Source of the DNA: an uncultured Methanosarcinales archaeon
Lineage (GTDB): Archaea; Nanobdellota; Nanobdellia; Woesearchaeales; ARS49
DNA length: 64,000 bases
Assembly: GCA_964362535.1 (NCBI GenBank)
Contig: CAYIEN010000003.1
Span: 6,018-70,017, forward strand
Direction of reading: 5' to 3'
The notes beneath the pieces were generated by a model that saw only the letters and a program-made list of their open reading frames with translations, was not told where the DNA came from and ran no database searches. Made by a program: the position numbers and the translations under genes. Below, in pieces: positions 10,440 through 19,134 of this stretch; positions within the stretch are counted from its first letter, which is position 1, and each line of letters starts with the position of its first letter.

Positions 10440-10775
10440 TCAAAACAACCCAGAAGGATGCGGTTTTGGCTGCTTTTTCTTTTCTTTCGCGTACGCGGCA
10501 TCAATCTGCTTTTCCCACACGCCCCCTGTGTACTGGTGCGAAAACCTCGTATTTTCGGGCTTGAAAAAAACTCTTTTTCCGTTGAATGTCGCACGTATCG
10601 CGTTGAACTTACTTCCCGTTATGGAACGCCAATAAACAGCGAGTCCGCCATTCTTGTATCTGCACGCAAACCCTGCTTCCTCGTCGCAGATCAGCACTTC
10701 CGCTTTGCTCGACTGATACGCAAGAAAACACAGTTTTTGCTCAAGCGCGTCCAACCGTTGCTCGACTTCAGGCAT
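10440..10775 (-). CDS. Hypothetical protein immediately downstream of EF-2 (1-nt spacing)
   Basis: 111 aa, no motif recognised; tight coupling to EF-2 stop suggests co-transcription. Confidence 0.4.
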   Translation of the reverse strand: MPEVEQRLDALEQKLCFLAYQSSKAEVLICDEEAGFACRYKNGGLAVYWRSITGSKFNAIRATFNGKRVFFKPENTRFSHQYTGGVWEKQIDAAYAKEKKKQPKPHPSGLF

Positions 10776-12974
10776 TTACGCCCCGAGCTGTCCAGCTGTC
10801 AATCCCTTTCTCTTAACAATCTGGTCGGTGATTTTGCGTTGCAATTCGTTGGGCAACTTCTCGAACATCTGGTCGATGAGCGAAGAGGTTCCTCGTCCAC
10901 CCGTTGCCGAACGCAAGTCAGAAGACCAGCCAAGCATTTCCCCAACAGGCAACTTTGCCTTGATGGCAGTTTGGGAGCCCATTTCGTTGATTTCGAGGAT
11001 TTGACCACGCTTGTTCATGACAAGCTTCGTCAAGTCGCCCGTAAATTCAATCGGAGCCTCAAGCAAGTGAGTCTGGACAGGTTCGAAAATAATCGGACCC
11101 GCACCCATCATGGCACCACGGATACCCTCTCGAACAGCCGGATACATCTGTGCCGGACCACGGTGAATCGCGTCCTCGTGCAAACCAGCATCCGTCAACG
11201 TAACTTTCAAGCCGAAGCACGGTTCTCGAGCGAGAGGACCCGCATCAACAACCTGTTCAAAACCTTCAATCACGAGCTGGATACATTCAGACAACTGAAT
11301 GTTACCACGCGTCGAGTCCATAAAGATGCAACCCTTGTAGATGTCCTTGATGGACAACGCCGTGTCGTTATCATAACCAGCGTCAACCAAGGTGTCTCGC
11401 AATGCGAGATCCTTCTTCTTGATGCGGCCTTCTGAAATGTTACCGTTTCTGATAAGTTCAGAAATGTGCGGTTCAAGAGGCTCGACCTTGAAGTACAACT
11501 TGTTGTGCTTGTTCGGAGACTTACCTTCAACTTCGCCAGACGCTTTGCTACAGGTTTCTCTGTACACAACAATCGGCGGCGACGTGATGATCTGAACGCC
11601 CTTTTCGTTCAAGATACGACCTTCAATGATTTCCAAGTGAAGTTCGCCCATACCGTGCAACAGGTTCTCGCCCGTTTCCTGGTTGATTTCAATCTTGACC
11701 GATGGGTCTTCTTTTGAAACTTTTCGCAAGACTTCAACAAGTTTGCTCAAGTCCTGCGGCTTTGCAGGCTTGATAGCTTTGCTGATGACTGGTTCGAAAA
11801 TGTGCTTCAATTCTTCGAAAGGTTGATCGGGTTCGAGGGTGATTGTTTCGCCCGCATAACCAGTGATACCTGCCAAAGCACAAATGTTTCCGGACGGAAC
11901 GTGGTCGATAAGTTCAGGCTTGATACCCTGATACATGAACACTTGGGCGACTCTCTGATTTTGCTTTGCCATGTTCAAATAGACCGTCATACCTTCACGG
12001 ATAGTTCCCGAATACAAACGGCCAGCGCTGATTTCGCGGCCTGACTTCGGTTCAATCAAAATTCTTGTGATGACGAACGCAACAGCGCCGTCCTTGTCAC
12101 ACGTCTGCAACGACTTACCCATCGGGCTTTCAATATCGCCCTTCCAAATCTTCGGAATACGATATTTCTGCGCATCAACCGGGTTCGGCAAGTGCTTCGT
12201 GACCATGTCAAGAATAACTTCATTCAAGGGAGCGTTCTTCCACACCCACTCCTGACGTTCTTTCTCTTCCATGTCATATAATTTGAGAATGTCTTTGAAC
12301 GAGACATTTTTCTTCTTCATGTACGGCAAGGAAAGCGCCCAGTTGTCTCGTGCTGAACCAAACGCAACGCTGCCATCCTGAATGTTTGCCTGCCATCGTT
12401 CGCCCAAACCTTTTTCGGCAATCTGCATGACAAGTCTGTTGAATTCCAAAATGATTTTTACGAAACGCTCCTGAATCTGTTCCGGAGTATACTGCATTTC
12501 CTTGATGAGTCGGTCAACCTTGTTGATGAACAACACTGGCTTGACTCGTTCTCTCAACGCTTGCTTGAGAACTGTTTCTGTCTGCGGCATGATACCTTCA
12601 GAAGCACAAACAAGAACAACTGTTCCGTCAACCGCTCGCATCGCTCGCGTAACGTTGCCACCAAAGTCGATGTGACCCGGCGTGTCAATCAAGTTGATAA
12701 GATATTCCTGACCATCAAAATCGTGAACCATCGAGACGTTCGCGGCGTCGACCGTCATTAATCTCGTTTGTTCGTCTGCGTGCTGCCACGTCGCCATACC
12801 CTTGTCGAGGTCGCCTGCGGCTGCATTCGACATCATACCCGCTGCGGACAACAAGTTGTCCGTGAACGCGGTTTTACCGTGGTGAATGTGCGCAGAAGTC
12901 GCAATGTTACGAATATTCTTTTGCGCGCTCGACAAACGTCGCATCTTGTCAATCTGTGTTTCTTTTTCAGCCAT
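10776..12974 (-). CDS. fusA: Translation elongation factor aEF-2
   Basis: AHIHHGKT, DTPGHIDF, NKVD motifs, about 730 aa; ORF-track first codon TTG, ATG at 12974 with GGTGG SD. Confidence 0.95.
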   Translation of the reverse strand: MAEKETQIDKMRRLSSAQKNIRNIATSAHIHHGKTAFTDNLLSAAGMMSNAAAGDLDKGMATWQHADEQTRLMTVDAANVSMVHDFDGQEYLINLIDTPGHIDFGGNVTRAMRAVDGTVVLVCASEGIMPQTETVLKQALRERVKPVLFINKVDRLIKEMQYTPEQIQERFVKIILEFNRLVMQIAEKGLGERWQANIQDGSVAFGSARDNWALSLPYMKKKNVSFKDILKLYDMEEKERQEWVWKNAPLNEVILDMVTKHLPNPVDAQKYRIPKIWKGDIESPMGKSLQTCDKDGAVAFVITRILIEPKSGREISAGRLYSGTIREGMTVYLNMAKQNQRVAQVFMYQGIKPELIDHVPSGNICALAGITGYAGETITLEPDQPFEELKHIFEPVISKAIKPAKPQDLSKLVEVLRKVSKEDPSVKIEINQETGENLLHGMGELHLEIIEGRILNEKGVQIITSPPIVVYRETCSKASGEVEGKSPNKHNKLYFKVEPLEPHISELIRNGNISEGRIKKKDLALRDTLVDAGYDNDTALSIKDIYKGCIFMDSTRGNIQLSECIQLVIEGFEQVVDAGPLAREPCFGLKVTLTDAGLHEDAIHRGPAQMYPAVREGIRGAMMGAGPIIFEPVQTHLLEAPIEFTGDLTKLVMNKRGQILEINEMGSQTAIKAKLPVGEMLGWSSDLRSATGGRGTSSLIDQMFEKLPNELQRKITDQIVKRKGLTAGQLGA

Positions 12975-12986
12975 CGTCAACCACCT

Positions 12987-13478
12987 TCAAAGGATATGTG
13001 CATCATGCACAGACTTATACGAATGTAACTCTTTCGGACTAAACCACACGTTGATCTCAATCTTCGCGTCATTTGCGTCTGAGCTCGCGTGAATCAAATT
13101 ACGAACAACACTTTTCTTAGCGTCGGCATACGCGTAACTCGAGTGCGTGTAATCACCACGAACCGTGCCGGGCAATGCTGCACGCGGTTCAGTTGCGCCG
13201 ATCATCTTTCTCACAATTTCAATCGAACCAATACCTTCGATTGCCAATGCGAGAACGGGGCCTTCTTTAAGGAAGTCCACGTTCATTTGACGGACAGCTT
13301 CGCCACGGCGCAACGCGAGTTCTTCGCGATAGTGCTTCTTGGCAAGCGCATCGTCCGCCCACGCCATCTTAGCACCCACAATCTTCAAGCCGGCCTTTTC
13401 GAATCGCGAAATGATTTCACCCATAACACCACGCTGAACAGCGTCGGGTTTAAGCAAAATCAATGTGCGTTCAATCAC
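12987..13478 (-). CDS. ndk: Nucleoside diphosphate kinase
   Basis: ERTLILLKPDAVQRGVMGEII ... NLIHASSDANDA (NxxHGSD active-site His region). Confidence 0.9.
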   Translation of the reverse strand: MIERTLILLKPDAVQRGVMGEIISRFEKAGLKIVGAKMAWADDALAKKHYREELALRRGEAVRQMNVDFLKEGPVLALAIEGIGSIEIVRKMIGATEPRAALPGTVRGDYTHSSYAYADAKKSVVRNLIHASSDANDAKIEINVWFSPKELHSYKSVHDAHIL

Positions 13479-13675
13479 TTCTTCGCCTCAGCCTTCTTCT
13501 TGTGTTCGGTACGGTATGCGTTCGTCCACTTGGTTTCTCTACCAACGTGACCGAGCTTCATCTGATTCTTCTCGCACTTTCTCGTGCAAAAATAAAAGAC
13601 TCGTGCATCCTTCAAAATCAGCATTTTACCGGTGCCGGCTTCGAGGATGTCTCTGCAAAATGAACAACGTGCCAT
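13475..13675 (-). CDS. rpl24e: 50S ribosomal protein L24e
   Basis: 66 aa, CSFC...C zinc-ribbon N-terminus characteristic of L24e. Confidence 0.85.
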   Translation of the reverse strand: MARCSFCRDILEAGTGKMLILKDARVFYFCTRKCEKNQMKLGHVGRETKWTNAYRTEHKKKAEAKK

Positions 13676-14023
13676 TTACGCGCTCCCTCGTCCGCCTTTA
13701 CCAAGCGGTCGAGCTTCCATTTCGGTTTCTCTGAGCATCAAAATATCGTCCTTTTGTACCGGGCCTTTGACGTTTCGTCTCAAGACTTTGTCCTGGTCTC
13801 TGCCGACCAACACTCGGACTCTGACTTGGATTGCTTCGCCTCGAGAGCCTGTTCGTCCAACAATTTCCTCGACTCGCGCCGGGAAAGACTGCGTAAAACG
13901 AACCGGTTCTGAGCCTCTCTGGGTTGAAGCTGCTGCTGCAGTTGCACCTTTTCCTTGCGGCTTATCGGCCGGTTTTGCCTGCGCCTTATCAGCAACAGGT
14001 TTTGCTTTGTTATCGTCTGCCAT
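13676..14023 (-). CDS. rps28e: 30S ribosomal protein S28e with about 40 aa Ala/Lys/Pro-rich N-terminal extension
   Basis: C-terminal 70 aa [69 protein letters not shown] matches S28e OB fold; only start codon is at 14023. Confidence 0.8.
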   Translation of the reverse strand: MADDNKAKPVADKAQAKPADKPQGKGATAAAASTQRGSEPVRFTQSFPARVEEIVGRTGSRGEAIQVRVRVLVGRDQDKVLRRNVKGPVQKDDILMLRETEMEARPLGKGGRGSA

Positions 14024-14027
14024 GGTA

Positions 14028-14354
14028 TTACGCTGCCTTCTTCAATTCTGCAATCAACTTCTTCGCGTCGCCTTCTTCAACAATCGCGATAGCTGCCGTC
14101 GGAACGCCCAAACCAGCTGCCTGGCCAAGCTCTTCCTTCGTGTTAACAACAACGCAAGGAATACCTTTTTCCTTTGCAATCAACGGAATGTGCATAACGA
14201 TTTCTGCCGGTTGAACATCCTTCGCAATAACTGCGAGCTTTGCGGTGCCTCGTTCAACAGCCTTCGTCACTTCATTTGCGCCCTTCTTGATCTTGCCGCT
14301 CGTCTTAGCGACTTCAATTGCCTGAAGCGCGATATCTGCCTGTTCATTTGCCAT
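14028..14354 (-). CDS. rpl7ae: 50S ribosomal protein L7Ae (K-turn binding)
   Basis: [55 protein letters not shown] typical L7Ae; start at second Met (MANEQ) preceded by GGAGG. Confidence 0.85.
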   Translation of the reverse strand: MANEQADIALQAIEVAKTSGKIKKGANEVTKAVERGTAKLAVIAKDVQPAEIVMHIPLIAKEKGIPCVVVNTKEELGQAAGLGVPTAAIAIVEEGDAKKLIAELKKAA

Positions 14355-14458
14355 ATATTGTCCTCCGAGAAACATAAGTTTCTCTTCAATTCATGCCCAT
14401 ACACTAAGTATAGACAGTCATTATCTCATTAGAGATACTCTAGAATCCTAGTGGGTGA

Positions 14459-14467
14459 TTTATAAAG
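14459..14467 (-). promoter_or_regulatory. TATA box (TTTATAAAG) upstream of rpl7ae; implies long (about 90 nt) structured 5'UTR
   Basis: Box ATTTATAAAGG at 14458-14468; nearest downstream gene in minus direction is L7Ae. Confidence 0.35.
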
Positions 14468-14499
14468 GTTGTGGTGAGATGTGAAAAAAATGAACAGAA

Positions 14500-15417
14500 C
14501 TATCTCTTCCGTTTCTCAAACGCGCTGCGCATGTTTTTTTGGTGCGCTTCATCTTTGCCACGCGCGCGTTTCTCAAAAATCTTTTTCGTGATGACCATCG
14601 CAACGCCTGATCCGGGCAAGATGTTGCCTGCGATTTCTGTCGAGATGTCAAACATCGTTTCCGCGCTCCAGTACTTCTTCGCCATGTCCGCCATCAAGTG
14701 CGTGCCCTTCTGCCAGTTACCTGTAACTCCATCAACTTCGATGGTTGCTCGCGCTTCTCGGTTTTCTTCCTTGAACTCAAACACGTGAATCGGCGCGAAG
14801 AACAAAGATAATCGGTTGATAACTAATCTTTCGTCAAGAATTTCGTCAGCCTGAATTGGCTTGAGAATATCTTTGTATAATGTGTTGAGTAGGAATGATG
14901 CTCTGATTTGCACGGGAAGCACGTCGACATCTTTCTTTTTCAAATCCGCAATGTCCTTGATGCTTTTTGTTTTTGAATCAAGATACTTTGCGTAATCCTT
15001 ACCTTTTTCTAAGAGTGCGTCTTGGACTATTTCTCTTTTGTAATTTTCAAAACAGTGATCCGTGCCTTCAAACACGCAAATAGGAGATTCTGGATGCACT
15101 TTGATTTGGTGCTTCGCAATCGCGACGCTCTGCACTTCCGGACGAACCTGAAATTGGTATTCATTCTTGCGGTGATACTCGTAAAAACTTTCGCCAATAA
15201 TGTGCCAGAACGGCTCGTATCTTTTACGGTAACCGGTAAGAATAATACTTCCGCGCGAACGGTCGAACGCTTTCAGAATGCCTGTGAAAGAACCTAGTGC
15301 GGTAGTTTTGTGCTTTTCCGCTATCTCTTGCGCCTGCGCGCGGTCATAGACGTCATCAATCACTTCAATCGTTTTTGCGTTCTTGCCGAATTCAATCGTT
15401 ACCATTGCTGCCACCAT
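14500..15417 (-). CDS. Hypothetical protein (305 aa), unknown function
   Basis: Long ORF with protein-like composition, no motif recognised; overlaps 3' end of next gene by 19 nt. Confidence 0.45.
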   Translation of the reverse strand: MVAAMVTIEFGKNAKTIEVIDDVYDRAQAQEIAEKHKTTALGSFTGILKAFDRSRGSIILTGYRKRYEPFWHIIGESFYEYHRKNEYQFQVRPEVQSVAIAKHQIKVHPESPICVFEGTDHCFENYKREIVQDALLEKGKDYAKYLDSKTKSIKDIADLKKKDVDVLPVQIRASFLLNTLYKDILKPIQADEILDERLVINRLSLFFAPIHVFEFKEENREARATIEVDGVTGNWQKGTHLMADMAKKYWSAETMFDISTEIAGNILPGSGVAMVITKKIFEKRARGKDEAHQKNMRSAFEKRKR

Positions 15418-16106
15418 GCCATGGCGTCACGGAGATCTCTACCCGTGAATTCCTGCCATGTCTTTTTTGTCGTAAACACCTTCGCATGCGGCAAATCCCA
15501 AAGCAATAAACTGCTCATTCGGGGCGTGCCGAGACGAACGACTAAGTCAGGAGCGGGAATTGAGGAGCTATAAAGGTTTCCTTTTATAGATGACTTTGTG
15601 ATTGCCTCAGGGTCGAGCTTGCCCGCTTGTACTTGCCTTGCTAACAATTTACAGGCGTCAACAATCTCTTCCTGCCCATCGTAACTGAGACATAAGTTTA
15701 CGCGCATTTGCGCTCCGTCTTTTGAGCGTTGCACTAATTCTTTGATGGGGTCGATAACTCTGCCGGGCAAATCATACCATTTACCTAGCACGGAAACGTT
15801 GACGTTTTCCATCACAGTCCACAATAACAATTCGTTAAAGAATTTCACAAATGAATCCATGACTGTGGAAAATAATTGTGTGTTTTCAGTTTCTAACGGT
15901 AACAAGTAGAGGGTGAGTTCTTTGATGCCGATTTCTTTGCACAACTTGATGTATTCCTTGATGTTTACAATTTTTAATGCGGAAGCTTGTTCAAAGGTGA
16001 GGTTGTTTTTTTCAGCGTATTGTTTTGAACCAGAACCCGCGATGGCAATGTGCTTGGGTAACTCTTTTGTTTGTTTTTTAGCAAAGAATTCGAACATACT
16101 GCACAA
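15399..16106 (-). CDS. cis-Prenyltransferase (UPP synthase) homolog, divergent at catalytic N-terminus
   Basis: C-terminal RLGTPRMSSLLLWDL...WQ aligns with UPPS R(T/I)SGExRxSNFLLWQ; N-terminal HIAIAGSGSKQYA replaces HVAIIMDGNGRWA (catalytic Asp/Asn/Arg absent). Confidence 0.5.
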   Translation of the reverse strand: MCSMFEFFAKKQTKELPKHIAIAGSGSKQYAEKNNLTFEQASALKIVNIKEYIKLCKEIGIKELTLYLLPLETENTQLFSTVMDSFVKFFNELLLWTVMENVNVSVLGKWYDLPGRVIDPIKELVQRSKDGAQMRVNLCLSYDGQEEIVDACKLLARQVQAGKLDPEAITKSSIKGNLYSSSIPAPDLVVRLGTPRMSSLLLWDLPHAKVFTTKKTWQEFTGRDLRDAMAWWQQW

Positions 16107-16137
16107 AGGTCACGGATGTTTATAAGCATTATTGAGC

Positions 16138-16992
16138 TTAAATGAACAAAAACGGATTGCCTAATCCTATCATCATCAGAAATGCGATTAAAAAGGCAGG
16201 AACAAACGGAATGCCGTCTTTCACCGTGATTGAAATGTTGTGATGCGTCTTCGACAAATGTTTTAATTCGTCAATTTTCTTTTGCGAAATTCCTAATTTT
16301 CCAGCAACAAAAATAGATTGTCCACCAACAATAACATCTTTGGTAATCCAGTCCCCCTCAAGCAATTTGTCAGGTGTTGCTTCTCGTGTCATGCAGTTTT
16401 CAACTGCTTTGACAAACAAAAACACGTGCGCGATAAACGGGAAAAAAACGGCGAGAATTAATGTGACTATTTTCAATTGAGCATCGTGCATGAAAAACGA
16501 AAATACGCCAAAGACTCCTAACAAAACAAAACCGCTGATACGAATGACTTTTGCATACGTTGTGTGAATAATTGCTTTGTATGCGGGAATAAAGCGATGT
16601 TTTCTTGTTATTGCGAGCCAGACAGTCCAACCAATGCCGTAAAGTGCTCCTGCAATCAAGAAATACACTGCGAACCAGACCAATTTTGTGTCGAGCGTAA
16701 ACGTGAGACCAAGTAAACTTCCCAACGCCATAATAATTTTGGAATCTCCGCCCCCCCATTGCCCGCCGTAATACGTCAGCAAACCAAAAGCCAAACAAAC
16801 ACCAAAACCAATTCCGCTCGCAATCAACGGCGCCCACGAATGCGTCAGCCAGCTGTCCGCGCCATTCAGCACAAAACCTAAAACAATCGTGGAATGACTC
16901 AGCCAATCAGGCACTTCTGTCGTGCGCAAATCCGTAATCGAACTCCACACTAACAAAATAAAACAAACAACCAAAATCACCGTTTCGAGCAT
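16138..16992 (-). CDS. A24-family type IV prepilin/preflagellin peptidase (FlaK/PibD-like), membrane
   Basis: First catalytic Asp context SSITDLRTTEVPDWL and second GGGDSKIIMALG (GxGD), about 8 TM helices. Confidence 0.6.
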   Translation of the reverse strand: MLETVILVVCFILLVWSSITDLRTTEVPDWLSHSTIVLGFVLNGADSWLTHSWAPLIASGIGFGVCLAFGLLTYYGGQWGGGDSKIIMALGSLLGLTFTLDTKLVWFAVYFLIAGALYGIGWTVWLAITRKHRFIPAYKAIIHTTYAKVIRISGFVLLGVFGVFSFFMHDAQLKIVTLILAVFFPFIAHVFLFVKAVENCMTREATPDKLLEGDWITKDVIVGGQSIFVAGKLGISQKKIDELKHLSKTHHNISITVKDGIPFVPAFLIAFLMMIGLGNPFLFI

Positions 16993-16998
16993 GTGCTT

Positions 16999-17361
16999 TT
17001 AGTCCTCTTTCTCTTCGTCAACATCCTCATCTTCCAATGGGTCGGGAACTTCCTGCGGAACTTCTTCTTTGAGCACAATAATATCCAACGTTTGCTCCGA
17101 AGCTTTTCCCGGAATGCGACATTTTGCTTTCACCGTTGATTTTCCCATTCCCAACAAATCGCGATAAACAAGTCGTGGAACGCTGATAAATGTTTGTTCC
17201 TCATTCGCGCCGACAATCGCCTGCTGACTGCACGCGTTGTACGCAAATTCCAACGGACGATTTCCAAACGTCACCATCAAAGGCTGCTTTTCAAAATATT
17301 CCAACTCTCTCATTCCTGTCAACTCAATCTTGTATCCGTTGCTTGTTTCACTCACATTCAT
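16999..17361 (-). CDS. Hypothetical protein with acidic C-terminal tail
   Basis: 120 aa; C-terminus EVPDPLEDEDVDEEKED; no known motif. Confidence 0.35.
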   Translation of the reverse strand: MNVSETSNGYKIELTGMRELEYFEKQPLMVTFGNRPLEFAYNACSQQAIVGANEEQTFISVPRLVYRDLLGMGKSTVKAKCRIPGKASEQTLDIIVLKEEVPQEVPDPLEDEDVDEEKED

Positions 17362-17383
17362 AGTATTTCCCCCGTATGTCTTT

Positions 17384-17899
17384 TTATGGAATCCTTTTTA
17401 AGGATTTCAACAAATAATTTTCTTCATCTGATAATTGCAAGACTTCCTGCTTCGGAGCTTCTTTCTTCGGAGCGGGCTCTTCCTTCTTGCCCATCTTTGA
17501 CGCTTCTTCCTTCATTTTTAATTCAATCGCACTCATTTCTTCCTCATTTAATTGTTTTGGCTTCCACAACACATTCACTTCATCGTTTTCATTACGCGGA
17601 ATGATGTGCATCGCCGTGTGCGGTGCCGATTGACCTGCAGGAATACCATTCGGCACAATCATATTTGTTCCCTGGCAGCCCAATCCCTCAAAGAGAACAA
17701 TGCTGAGTCGGTTTGCCACCGTCATCATTTGGCCGACAACAGCGTCAGGAACTTGTTCAAGAATTGCGTGATGCTCTCGTGGAACAACTAATACGTGTCC
17801 TGTGACGGCGGGCTTCGGCGCGATTAATGCAACGACTTCCTTTGTTTCAATAAGAACGCCAATCTTTTTCTCAATCTGCTGACAAATTTCGCACGTCAT
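17384..17899 (-). CDS. HIT (histidine triad) family protein with Lys/Glu-rich C-terminal tail
   Basis: CEICQ...GHVLVVPREHH...TAMHIIPRNE histidine-triad motif HxHxH-like (HIIP); ATGA-type overlap with upstream HIT gene. Confidence 0.8.
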   Translation of the reverse strand: MTCEICQQIEKKIGVLIETKEVVALIAPKPAVTGHVLVVPREHHAILEQVPDAVVGQMMTVANRLSIVLFEGLGCQGTNMIVPNGIPAGQSAPHTAMHIIPRNENDEVNVLWKPKQLNEEEMSAIELKMKEEASKMGKKEEPAPKKEAPKQEVLQLSDEENYLLKSLKRIP

Positions 17900-18552
17900 T
17901 TTGTCAAAAACTCCGTGACTTCATCAAGATTCGTCATCTTCTTCGCAGGTTTTTGCTTTTCAGCAGGCTTTTCTGCTTTTGGAGAAGGTGTTGATTGAGA
18001 GGGAGATGCTGGTGGCGAATGAGGTGTTGCTGGAGATGTTGGCGCTTTCTGCGAACCAAACACGCGATGCACAAACGGCAACAAATTGTCCTGCAACTTT
18101 TGCGCGTCACTTTCGCTAATGTCAGTCTCTTCAAGCGTAATTCCTGCATCGTCACCTTCCTTTCGCGGAATGATGTGCAGCAAGAAGTGCGCCGCGCGCT
18201 GACCCGCGACCAATCCGTTCGCAACAAAAATAGTGGTGCCCTCGGCCTTCATCGCTTTCAACGCTGCTTGCGACAAATGCTTGGAAAGAACTCCTAACTT
18301 TTGCACCAACGGTTCGGGCAACTGCGGAAGAATACTAATGTGCTCCTTCGGCATCAACAAAATGTGACCAGGAGTCGCGGGATTAATATCGAGAACGGCA
18401 AGAAAGTTCTCATCCTCAAACACTTTACGCGCCTGAATTTTGCCTTCCACCATTTTACAGAAGACACACTGCTCTTTCTGGAGAGCTCTTAGTTCTTCCG
18501 GAGACATATTCTTGATATCTTCTTCCGTCAATTCAGGCATGGAACGATTCAC
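17896..18552 (-). CDS. HIT family protein with Pro/Ser/Ala-rich C-terminal low-complexity tail
   Basis: CVFCKMVEGKIQ...GHILLMPKEH...HFLLHIIPRKE; paralog of adjacent gene. Confidence 0.8.
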   Translation of the reverse strand: MNRSMPELTEEDIKNMSPEELRALQKEQCVFCKMVEGKIQARKVFEDENFLAVLDINPATPGHILLMPKEHISILPQLPEPLVQKLGVLSKHLSQAALKAMKAEGTTIFVANGLVAGQRAAHFLLHIIPRKEGDDAGITLEETDISESDAQKLQDNLLPFVHRVFGSQKAPTSPATPHSPPASPSQSTPSPKAEKPAEKQKPAKKMTNLDEVTEFLTK

Positions 18553-18610
18553 TGAGAAAGCAGATATAAATGTTCTGGCGCAGTTTATCCCTTACTCAAC
18601 CCACCCTAAG

Positions 18611-18619
18611 CTTTAAATA
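18611..18619 (+). promoter_or_regulatory. TATA-like box (CTTTAAATA) upstream of pilin-like gene
   Basis: About 35 nt upstream of ATG 18652. Confidence 0.3.
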
Positions 18620-18651
18620 CTCTCCAAACTCAGTATTTCCAAAGAGGCACT

Positions 18652-19131
18652 ATGAATTCCCGCGGATTGTCACCATTGGTCGCAACTGTCCTGCTCATAG
18701 CTTTCTCTGTCGCTTTGGGCGCAGTCGTCATGAGTTACGGCGAAACCTACGTTGAAACCCAAGCAACATTCGTCAACCGAGGAACAGAAGTCTCCTCAAA
18801 CGTCTGTGATGCCGTTTCTCTTACAGTTATAACGGTCAATAATAACGTCCAAGCCTGCGCAAAAGGAACACTCATTCAAGTCGCGCTTGACAACGGACCC
18901 GTCGCCATCGACGCCATCCAAGCACGTGTTTTGGGTAGTGCGGGAGTCGCGCTCAACCCAAACATTTTGAGCAACTCATTACCCGCAGCATCCGCGCTCA
19001 AAACAACCTTCGGCTACGACCCCGTGGGTGTTCCGTTGCAACTGAAATTCACTCCTGCAGTACAGACCGAAGCAGGACTTTCCTTCTGCTCCGACAAAGC
19101 GGTCACGATCGACAACCCGTCAACGTGCTAA
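18652..19131 (+). CDS. Archaeal type IV pilin-like protein with class III (prepilin) signal peptide
   Basis: N-terminus MNSRGLSPLVATVLLIAFSVALGAVV matches archaeal class III signal/DUF361-type pilin N-terminus (R-G-x-S/T-P then hydrophobic helix); near A24 peptidase gene. Confidence 0.55.
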   Translation: MNSRGLSPLVATVLLIAFSVALGAVVMSYGETYVETQATFVNRGTEVSSNVCDAVSLTVITVNNNVQACAKGTLIQVALDNGPVAIDAIQARVLGSAGVALNPNILSNSLPAASALKTTFGYDPVGVPLQLKFTPAVQTEAGLSFCSDKAVTIDNPSTC

Positions 19132-19134
19132 CCC

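Noticed and set aside
10458-11435. 325 aa ORF antisense to EF-2 (similarly 8120-8869 antisense to tuf, 39006-39725 and 43718-44233 antisense to rpoA'/rpoB'')
   Set aside because: Arg/Leu/Val-rich translations typical of antisense frames of highly expressed conserved genes; the sense genes are unambiguous.
15571-15581. TATA-like GCTATAAAGG inside the cis-prenyltransferase-homolog coding region
   Set aside because: Internal to a CDS with no downstream start codon at the expected distance; probably fortuitous in an AT-moderate genome.
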